Source of the DNA: Candidatus Hermodarchaeum yapensis
GTDB lineage: Archaea; Asgardarchaeota; Hermodarchaeia; Hermodarchaeales; Hermodarchaeaceae
Assembly: GCA_016840405.1 (NCBI GenBank)
Contig: JAEOSK010000044.1
Coordinates: 1-18,752, forward strand
DNA length: 18,752 nucleotides
Direction of reading: 5' to 3'
The position numbers and the translations under genes are program-made. Under the pieces are notes generated by a model that saw nothing but the letters and a program-made list of their open reading frames with translations, did not search any database and was not told where the DNA came from. Below, one piece after another: positions 1 through 7,043 of the stretch. Position 1 is the stretch's first letter, and every line of letters begins with the position of its first letter.

Positions 1-1
1 T

Positions 2-316
2 CGAGGCCTCAAACTGATTCGAACCGGTCGAGGGTTTATCGATTTATCTCCCGATTCTTTACGGTTACTTGGAAAGTCAACAGATGAAGCCCTGGTATTT
101 TTGAAAGTGGAGCCGAAATATCGCGTTGAAGTGTATGAAAAGATCAAGGATCTCAAGCCGTTACGCCTGCACCGTGTCACAGGATCCGTCGACATGGTTG
201 TAACCGTAAGTGGCGCTGAGCTTGCTGAATTTCTTTCCAGCGTAGCGGATATTACAGGTGTCATTGAGACAGCGACGCACACTGTATTGACTACATGGAC
301 TCCTGAAGCCATCTAG
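2..316 (+). CDS. Lrp/AsnC-family transcriptional regulator, 5'-partial (end of wHTH plus C-terminal RAM/AsnC ligand-binding domain)
   Basis: Frame +2 is open from the window edge (RGLKLIRTGRGFIDLSPDSLRLLGKSTDEALVFLKVEP...), so the ORF-track start at 101 is internal. ALVFLKV...HRVTGSVDMVVTV...ITGVIETATHTVL matches the AsnC C-terminal pattern. Confidence 0.8.
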   Translation, partial: RGLKLIRTGRGFIDLSPDSLRLLGKSTDEALVFLKVEPKYRVEVYEKIKDLKPLRLHRVTGSVDMVVTVSGAELAEFLSSVADITGVIETATHTVLTTWTPEAI

Positions 317-330
317 GAGTAGGATATGTT

Positions 331-1479
331 ATGCGGCTCTTTGAATACGAAGCAAAAGAGGCATTTCGTCAAGCGGGACTCCCTCTTCCACCATCGGGCA
401 TCGCAACCACTCCCGACGAAGCAGCTAAGGTTGCCAGGGAACTAGCCTGTCCTGTCGTTGTCAAAGCCCAAGTGCTCACTGGAGGGCGGGGGAAGGCTGG
501 TGGTATCAAGTTTGCGAAAAACCCCGCTGAGACGAAAACAAAAGCGGCTGAAATCCTGAAAATGACAATCCATGGGCACCCCGTTCAACGAGTTCTCGTT
601 GAAAAACGCCTCGATATTCAACAGGAAATCTATGTGGGCATAACCATCGACCGCGATCGTCGACGTCCTGTCGTGATTTGCAGCACTATGGGGGGTGTAG
701 ACATAGAACAGGTTGCCGATGAACACCCTGAGAAAATCGCTCGATTCTGGACTGACCCCGTCTTAGGTTTACGCGATTTTGAAGCCAGGCAAATCGCAAA
801 AAACGCGGGATTTGAAGGACGTGCTATGTTACACGTCGCTGGCTTTCTATTACGACTCTGGCAAGTCTTCATCAAAAACGACGCGGAACTCACCGAAATT
901 AATCCCCTCATTGTCACTAAAGATGGAACTTACATTGCTGCTGATGCACGCCTAAACGTGGACGATAACTCATTGTTCCGACACAAAGCACTCGCCGAAC
1001 GCTTGAGTAAAGGGATTTCTGAACAAACCGAACTCGAACAACGCGCCCAAGAACATGGAATGACCTATGTAGAACTGCAAGGCAACATCGGTATTATTGG
1101 AAATGGTGCAGGACTGGTCATGGCCACAATGGACGCCGTCAAATATTACGGTGGTTCACCAGCAAATTTTTTGGATGTTGGAGGTGGTGCGACTCATGAT
1201 CGGATGCGTAACGCTCTCGAAATTGTGATATCCCACCCAGATGTGGAGGCCGTCTTCATTAACATCCTTGGTGGCATTACTCGGTGTGATGAAATGGCTC
1301 GTGGCATTGTTGACGCCCAGAAAACCTTACCACGCCAAGTACCGATTGTTATTCGCATGATTGGAACCCGAGAAAAAGAAGGCGCAGAAATTCTTGAAGC
1401 TGCAAACATCCCTTTTCTTAACTCAATGGATGCCGCTGCAAAACGCGTTGTGGAACATTCCAAGGAGGGAGTAAAATGA
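331..1479 (+). CDS. sucC: Succinyl-CoA synthetase (ADP-forming) beta subunit
   Basis: MRLFEYEAK N-terminus, VVVKAQVLTGGRGKAGGI ATP-grasp motif, EINPL, GNGAGLVMATMD, PANFLDVGGGA, NILGGITRCD. AGGAG/AGGA RBS upstream. Confidence 0.97.
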   Translation: MRLFEYEAKEAFRQAGLPLPPSGIATTPDEAAKVARELACPVVVKAQVLTGGRGKAGGIKFAKNPAETKTKAAEILKMTIHGHPVQRVLVEKRLDIQQEIYVGITIDRDRRRPVVICSTMGGVDIEQVADEHPEKIARFWTDPVLGLRDFEARQIAKNAGFEGRAMLHVAGFLLRLWQVFIKNDAELTEINPLIVTKDGTYIAADARLNVDDNSLFRHKALAERLSKGISEQTELEQRAQEHGMTYVELQGNIGIIGNGAGLVMATMDAVKYYGGSPANFLDVGGGATHDRMRNALEIVISHPDVEAVFINILGGITRCDEMARGIVDAQKTLPRQVPIVIRMIGTREKEGAEILEAANIPFLNSMDAAAKRVVEHSKEGVK

Positions 1480-2345
1480 CCATTCTGGTTGATAAAACGA
1501 CCCAGGTTCTGGTCCAAGGAATTACGGGACGTGAAGGACAATTTCATGCCCAGGCAATGCGCGAATACGGCACTAAAATAGTTGCAGGTACAACACCCGG
1601 TAAAGGTGGTCAAGAGATCGAAGGAATGCCTGTTTTTGATAGTGTTGTAGAAGCCAAAGAGCAATTTCCTAAGATCAATGCATCAATCATTTTTGTTCCC
1701 GCCCGCTTCGCTGCAGATGCAGCTACTGAGGCGATCGATGCTGGACTTCAAGTCGTTACTGTTATCACCGAACACATCCCCGTTCACGATGAAATGCGCT
1801 TCATCGAACTTGCACGACGGCAAGGCAGCTACATTATTGGTCCGAACACGCCAGGCATTATCACACCAGGAGAATGCAAGCTAGGTATCATGCCAGCACA
1901 CGTCTTCAAACAAGGACGCGTAGGACTCATATCCCGAAGCGGAACCCTCACCTACGAAGTCGCCGCAAGCCTTACAAATGCTGGATTTGGCCAATCCACC
2001 GCCATCGGATTAGGCGGTGATCCCATTGTGGGGATGTCCTTTGTGAATGCTCTCAAACTCTTTGAAGAGGACAAAGGAACTGATGCCACTGTAATCATCG
2101 GCGAAATTGGCGGAAGCGCTGAAGAAGAAGCCGCCGCCTACATCAAAAAGCACGTTACAAAATCCGTCATCGCATACATTGCCGGACGAACCGCGCCAAA
2201 AGGGAAACGCATGGGACACGCTGGAGCCATCGTGAGCGGGAAGACGGGAACCGCTGACGGAAAAATCACAGCGCTTCGCAAAGCTGGTGCAACGGTCATT
2301 GAACGCCCCATCGATGTTGATGAAGCCTTACAAAAGATTCTCTAG
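1476..2345 (+). CDS. sucD: Succinyl-CoA synthetase alpha subunit
   Basis: QGITGREG CoA-binding loop, TPGKGG, IGPNTPG, SRSGTLTYE, GLGGD, GEIGG and the phospho-His motif MGHAGA. ATGA overlap with the sucC stop. Confidence 0.97.
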   Translation: MTILVDKTTQVLVQGITGREGQFHAQAMREYGTKIVAGTTPGKGGQEIEGMPVFDSVVEAKEQFPKINASIIFVPARFAADAATEAIDAGLQVVTVITEHIPVHDEMRFIELARRQGSYIIGPNTPGIITPGECKLGIMPAHVFKQGRVGLISRSGTLTYEVAASLTNAGFGQSTAIGLGGDPIVGMSFVNALKLFEEDKGTDATVIIGEIGGSAEEEAAAYIKKHVTKSVIAYIAGRTAPKGKRMGHAGAIVSGKTGTADGKITALRKAGATVIERPIDVDEALQKIL

Positions 2346-2386
2346 AAACTTGAACTGTTTGGGGTATTTTCTCCTAAATTGCATCA

Positions 2387-5300
2387 CTAATCTGGAATTC
2401 GGAAATACTCTTCCGCGTTTTCAATCCAAACTTCGTTTTTAGGGAGCGAGGAAACACCCAATTTTTGAAGCTTCTTCATAATTGAGTCAAAGGCATCAGA
2501 AGAATCCTTTTTGACTGAATGTAAAAATGCAAGATTTCCGAGGGATTGAGTAAGATATCGGTGGTAGGTTTCAGGAGCCTTGGCTACTAAAGGTTCCCAA
2601 ATGCTAATAGCTTCTTGATAATACTGCTCTGCTTTCTGCAACTTTTCCAAACGTTTCATTATTAGTCCTAGATTTGTCAATGTTGTTGCGTAATCTTGGG
2701 AGTAAAGCTTAGGAGCCTTCTCGAAAAGGGGTTTTCGAAGCTGATACGCTTCGAAAAGAGCATCTCTTGCCTTGTGTAATTTCTTGGCCTCGGCTAGAAT
2801 TACACCCATATTGTTTAACGAACTGGCTACTTGATAAAGGTAATAGTCAGGATTTTTTTCTGCGCGTTTTCTTCTAATAATTAGAGCTTCACGGATAGCT
2901 GATTCAGCTTGTTTAAGGTTCCCTGTTTGTCGAAGATGAATAGCATAATTGTTGATTGCCTGAGCTAAATAGGGCAAGTATAATTCTGGTGTTTGATCAG
3001 CGAGCTGGCGAAAAATGTTTAGACTTTCATGAAACCCACTTGTGGCTTCGGAGATACGATTTTGCTGGCATTGGAAGATAGCCAAACTATTGAGCAGCAT
3101 GCCATAAATTTGGATAAAGGTTCGTGGTTCCTTCTCATATCCGATTCTAACAAATTCCAGGGCTTCTTCGAAGGCGTCATCTGCTTCTGTGAGCCTATTT
3201 GTGCGTTTGAGCATGATGCCCAATCTGAGAAAGAACAGCGTACTGTACCATAAGAACCGTTTGTCAGTTTTAATGTCAAAGTATTTATGAGCGGATTTGA
3301 ATATTTCTTTAAATTCTTCTATTTCTTTCTCAAATTCCCCAGTACTTAGAAGAATTGAATATTTCGACCCGAATGTTATTAAAGGGATCAGTTCAGCCTC
3401 TTCAGATGGCCTTCTTGAAAAATATTCGGATAGAACGCTTACCATTTCTTGGAGAGTACTTTCAGCTTCACTATATCTACCAGACTCAAGATACAAAAGA
3501 ATGAGATTGTAAAGGTTAAGATTTACATCTGTAACATATGAGGGGTCTGTTTTAAGACCGTCCTGGGATATCTCATAGCTTTTCTTAAATGCAGCTTCTG
3601 CTTCATTATAGCGCTCCATAACCATCAAAAAGTGAGCATAACGATGATAATGCCATACTAGGAACGTGTTATTGAGATCTTGGAATCCTAGTATTGGTTC
3701 AGGTTGCATTTTTGAAAGGCGTGTAATTAATTGGTAGTTTTGTTGAATTATTTCTTCGACCTGGACAAATTGACTTGTCATGCTAAATATATTTAGAAGC
3801 CAAAAATTGGTCCAGATGAGGTAGGGCAGGAATTTTTCGGGTTCCTTGTCTGTGAATTTTTTGAAGAGGAGGAGGGCTTCTAGAAAGTCTTGTTCGGCTT
3901 CAGCTACACGATATAGATTTCCAACAAGTTGCCCTCTTAACCATTTTATGATGGCGTGGCTTTCTTCTGTTTTATAGGGTATGAGGTTAATCATGGAAAT
4001 GGCATCTTGAAGACGAAATTCCTCCCAGAGCTTTTGAGCAAAATTACAGCACTCGTTAATCGCACTAGGTTCGTCTATCAGAATTTTCGCCGAAATTGCC
4101 AGACCGCGATAGGTTGGATCTGCACTATCAGCAGCTGCTTGTTCGAGGAGGGTCGCCACTTCAGAAACGAGTCTTGGAAGGGCGTTACCGAGTTCGGCAA
4201 GGACGAGTTCACGGGCTAATGTATGGAGAGTCCAAGTGCCATCGCCACGGTCTTGGATGAAGCTGAGGTGGAGAATTTGGTCCCAGTCGGCTGATTTCAT
4301 GGTGGGGGTGATGATGTTCATGATTTCGCGGTTGAAGAAAGGGAGTAATCCGGCGCGGTCAATGATGGCGGAGAGGTCTTTGGCTTGGTTGAAGAGGCGT
4401 CTCCAGGTTTTTATGCGAACTTGTTCGAGGGTATCGGCGCGTAAGCTTTCGATGTCATCTAACGAGAGTTTGCCGAGTTCGTTCATATCACAGATGGTGT
4501 GCAAAATAAAGGGATTTCCTCCACCAACGCTAGTGATCTGTGTTTGCAGGTTGGTCTCAGTAACCCCTCGCTCAGCGAGGAGTTGGTGACAACTTTTTGT
4601 ATCTAATTCGGTGACTTCGAGTTCTTCAATGGTTATTGATTCTTTGATGTGTCCAGGTAATCGTCTTCGGCTAGCCGTCACTCCAACGACGTTTTGCAAA
4701 GATGAAAGAAAGATGAACCAGAGTTCGACTTCGCTGATGTTTCGTCCACGGTATCGCCATTGCAGGCGTTCAATATCAACATCTTCCATGTGATCAAACA
4801 GAAACAGGAGGGATAGATCCTTGTTCTTTCGGGCATTGAGGTCTTCTAAGAGAGCATCTAAGAAGAGGAATTCAGCGTGGCGGGGGTCCTTCCAGAGAAT
4901 TTCAAGGAGCTTTTCACTATATTCGGATCCAAGGCGGTTGTTAAGCCAGTCTGAAACATCGCCGAACTTGTGTTTGAGTCGATCCTTGAGTTTTCCGCCG
5001 ATAGTGTGGATAGCTTTGCTGATGTTGACGAGGGAGCCGATGAAGGGTAGGGGTTTGATGACATCATAGGCCCAGGTGCGTCCGGGTTCTTTGGCGGGTT
5101 CGATGCCTTTGATGAAGCGAAGTCGGATGGACCAGAGGAGATCGAAGCGTCGGAGTTGTATGCCGAGTTGGGCAGCGTTTCGAGCTAAGATTTCTAGTCG
5201 GTCAAAGAGGTGTGTAACGCGGTTACAGTCGAGCAGGAGGCTTGTTTCGATGGTGTGTTTCCAGTGTTCGAGGAGGGCGGTTTTTCCAATGCCGCCGATT

Positions 5301-5419
5301 CCATGTAGGTGGAGAACGAGACTTTGGTCGTGGCATTGGGTGAGGGCGTTGTCCATCCACTCTAGGTGCTTTTCGCGATTGACGAATACTTGTTCTGAGG
5401 GCTCGTAATGAGCGTACAC
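2387..5419 (-). CDS. STAND-class (NB-ARC/AAA_16-like) NTPase with C-terminal tetratricopeptide repeats
   Basis: FVNRE, Walker A GIGGIGKT (aa 40-47), Walker B LLFLFD, sensor-1 TASRR, GGNPF (GxP), LHTLARE (MHD-like). C-terminal ~42-aa TPR units (LAQAINNYA, VASSLNNMG, YATTLTNLG, LTQSLGNLA). GTG start with GGAGG upstream. Confidence 0.88.
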   Translation of the reverse strand: MYAHYEPSEQVFVNREKHLEWMDNALTQCHDQSLVLHLHGIGGIGKTALLEHWKHTIETSLLLDCNRVTHLFDRLEILARNAAQLGIQLRRFDLLWSIRLRFIKGIEPAKEPGRTWAYDVIKPLPFIGSLVNISKAIHTIGGKLKDRLKHKFGDVSDWLNNRLGSEYSEKLLEILWKDPRHAEFLFLDALLEDLNARKNKDLSLLFLFDHMEDVDIERLQWRYRGRNISEVELWFIFLSSLQNVVGVTASRRRLPGHIKESITIEELEVTELDTKSCHQLLAERGVTETNLQTQITSVGGGNPFILHTICDMNELGKLSLDDIESLRADTLEQVRIKTWRRLFNQAKDLSAIIDRAGLLPFFNREIMNIITPTMKSADWDQILHLSFIQDRGDGTWTLHTLARELVLAELGNALPRLVSEVATLLEQAAADSADPTYRGLAISAKILIDEPSAINECCNFAQKLWEEFRLQDAISMINLIPYKTEESHAIIKWLRGQLVGNLYRVAEAEQDFLEALLLFKKFTDKEPEKFLPYLIWTNFWLLNIFSMTSQFVQVEEIIQQNYQLITRLSKMQPEPILGFQDLNNTFLVWHYHRYAHFLMVMERYNEAEAAFKKSYEISQDGLKTDPSYVTDVNLNLYNLILLYLESGRYSEAESTLQEMVSVLSEYFSRRPSEEAELIPLITFGSKYSILLSTGEFEKEIEEFKEIFKSAHKYFDIKTDKRFLWYSTLFFLRLGIMLKRTNRLTEADDAFEEALEFVRIGYEKEPRTFIQIYGMLLNSLAIFQCQQNRISEATSGFHESLNIFRQLADQTPELYLPYLAQAINNYAIHLRQTGNLKQAESAIREALIIRRKRAEKNPDYYLYQVASSLNNMGVILAEAKKLHKARDALFEAYQLRKPLFEKAPKLYSQDYATTLTNLGLIMKRLEKLQKAEQYYQEAISIWEPLVAKAPETYHRYLTQSLGNLAFLHSVKKDSSDAFDSIMKKLQKLGVSSLPKNEVWIENAEEYFRIPD

Positions 5420-5504
5420 TGCCTGGCCTCCAACTGTATAGGTGTTAGAGTGTCTTTCTTCCCAATAAGCGCGTCGGTTGATTTCGATAAAGACAGCAAA
5501 ATAA

Positions 5505-5512
5505 TTTATAAG
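5505..5512 (+). promoter_or_regulatory. Putative archaeal TATA box (TTTATAAG) for rpl40e/tRNA-Val
   Basis: An A-rich BRE-like tract (CAAAATAA) precedes TTTATAA, about 40 nt upstream of the rpl40e start. Confidence 0.5.
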
Positions 5513-5549
5513 GAACCGCGGGGATGCGCACCCGCATTAGGTGAACATG

Positions 5550-5711
5550 ATGCCTGTCGCTGATCCGGAAAAACGTCGTATTGCTTTACAGCATCTTTTG
5601 TATGTGACGATTTGTCGTGATTGTGGAGCGAAGAATCCGTTTAAGGCTACGAAGTGTCGTCGTTGTCGGCGGAAGAATTTGCGTCCGAAACGGCGTGAAC
5701 TGACGAAGTAA
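5550..5711 (+). CDS. rpl40e: 50S ribosomal protein L40e (eL40), 53 aa, not in the ORF track; alternative start ATG at 5547
   Basis: Manual translation MPVADPEKRRIALQHLLYVTICRDCGAKNPFKATKCRRCRRKNLRPKRRELTK contains the L40e zinc-ribbon signature ICRxCxAxNPxxAxxCRxC...LRPK. AGGTGA RBS at 5539-5544. Confidence 0.95.
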   Translation: MPVADPEKRRIALQHLLYVTICRDCGAKNPFKATKCRRCRRKNLRPKRRELTK

Positions 5712-5718
5712 TAGCGTT

Positions 5719-5825
5719 GGGCCGGTAGTCTAGTGGTATGACGCCGCTCTCACAGGTTTTAGCCTGAGTGGGTGAAAACGAGGAAACGGCGGAGGTCGCG
5801 TGTTCAATTCACGCCCGGCCCACCA
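5719..5825 (+). tRNA. tRNA-Val(CAC) with a 32-nt anticodon-loop intron (5755-5786 if 37/38, or 5754-5785 if 36/37) and encoded CCA
   Basis: Acceptor stem GGGCCGG/CCGGCCC, discriminator A plus CCA, D arm GTC-TAGTGGTAT-GAC, anticodon stem CCGCT/GGCGG, loop CT-CAC-A^C, short variable loop AGGTC, T arm GCGTG-TTCAATT-CACGC. Confidence 0.93.
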
Positions 5826-5875
5826 CTTGTCTTGTGACAGGAATCGCTGTTGTGGAGTGCCGGATTATCACAATG

Positions 5876-5883
5876 CTTTTAAG
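5876..5883 (+). promoter_or_regulatory. Putative TATA box (CTTTTAAG) for rpl38e
   Basis: TTTTAA about 40 nt upstream of the ATG, the same spacing as for rpl40e. AGGTGG RBS just before the start. Confidence 0.4.
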
Positions 5884-5921
5884 GTTGGGTTCTGCCTCGT
5901 AGCCATTCGCTCAGGTGGTTA

Positions 5922-6119
5922 ATGATGCCTCGTGAAGTGCAAACCGAAGAAGAGTTTCTTGAATTCGTGGAACTGGCCAGTGAGTGCCGAGTGAAGCGGC
6001 TGCCCGATGCGGTGAAATTGAAGCTGAGAACACCCAGCTATCTTTATACTTTCAAAACGGATCCTGGCACGGCTGAGCGGATTATTGCAGCCTTGAAGAT
6101 TCCTATTGTTGATGTGTAG
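5922..6119 (+). CDS. rpl38e: 50S ribosomal protein L38e (eL38)
   Basis: MPREV...EFL...RVKR...VKLKLRTPSYLYTFK...AERI matches the eL38 pattern MPxxI..xxF...VKFKVRCSRYLYTL...AEKL. 64-65 aa. Confidence 0.85.
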   Translation: MMPREVQTEEEFLEFVELASECRVKRLPDAVKLKLRTPSYLYTFKTDPGTAERIIAALKIPIVDV

Positions 6120-6142
6120 GACTATCAAGGATTACGTGTTTT

Positions 6143-7030
6143 TCAGACCCCGAGGAATAGGGGTAAGATCCATTGAATCAGATAGCCCAAGGCTAGACCG
6201 ATAAGTGCCAAAGCGACTGGAATAGGAAGTCCGGCCATTACACCTCGTTTTTCAAGTAGCCTAAGGGTAATGAGAAATCCAGCGACAATGCCAAAGATGG
6301 CAAAAATGGCTCCGAGTACGCCGAATATGGGGTTGACGATGGCGAGTGCGACGATCATGCCATAAAACGCCACGTCTCCCAGTCCGATATCCCATTCGGA
6401 AGAGGAGACGGCTAAGGCACTGAGTTTGTCGGGGTCGTCTTCGGTCATTTCTACGATTTTGCGTATGGGTCCTTTTTTCACGGAGTAATAATCGTAAATG
6501 GCTAATCCGACCAAGAGTAATACGCTTGTCCAGACGGGAAGGACAACACCCAGAAATGCGCCAACGGCGGATCCGAACAGGAGTAAGCCGCCGTTCTTCA
6601 TTCTGTAATCTGGTTCGACTGTGATGAAATTGACAATCGATGCTAGTATGAAAGCAAAGAGAACGAAGATTGCTGTGATGGGATTGATGAACTGGAAGAC
6701 GACGAGGTACATGGAGCCAAAGTAGAGGAAGATTACCACGGCGATGAAGCCAAAGGCGCCGATGAGGATGAATTTGAGGAGGCGTTCTTTTCCGTATTTC
6801 AAGAGCAGGACGACCATGGTTGCGCCTACTGTGGCTAACACTACAAAGAGGAGGGCATTTAAGATGGCGGCTGCAGGACCAAAGACGCCTTCGGAGATGG
6901 GTTCAGCGTAGAATCGAATATCTGACAACAAAATTATGAGACCAAGTAAGCCTGCAGAAATCATTACAATGATTAGGTTTCCGAGGATTGTGTATCGGTC
7001 ACCGGTTATTACGGGCATTTCTTCAGCCAT
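6143..7030 (-). CDS. Presenilin-family (A22, GxGD) intramembrane aspartyl protease
   Basis: Nine predicted TM segments. TM6 catalytic YD (LAIYDYYSVKKGP), TM7 GLGD (IGLGDVAFYG), and AGLP at the PAL-motif position. GGTGA RBS. Confidence 0.92.
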   Translation of the reverse strand: MAEEMPVITGDRYTILGNLIIVMISAGLLGLIILLSDIRFYAEPISEGVFGPAAAILNALLFVVLATVGATMVVLLLKYGKERLLKFILIGAFGFIAVVIFLYFGSMYLVVFQFINPITAIFVLFAFILASIVNFITVEPDYRMKNGGLLLFGSAVGAFLGVVLPVWTSVLLLVGLAIYDYYSVKKGPIRKIVEMTEDDPDKLSALAVSSSEWDIGLGDVAFYGMIVALAIVNPIFGVLGAIFAIFGIVAGFLITLRLLEKRGVMAGLPIPVALALIGLALGYLIQWILPLFLGV

Positions 7031-7043
7031 GGAGGTTTCACCA

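Noticed and set aside
5749-5787. Alternative splice giving a CAA (Leu) anticodon
   Set aside because: The short variable loop and overall body fit tRNA-Val; tRNA-Leu needs a long variable arm.
5790-5825. tRNA 3' end as the integration site for the STAND-TPR gene
   Set aside because: No duplicated tRNA fragment or integrase was seen, and the tRNA is flanked by ribosomal protein genes.
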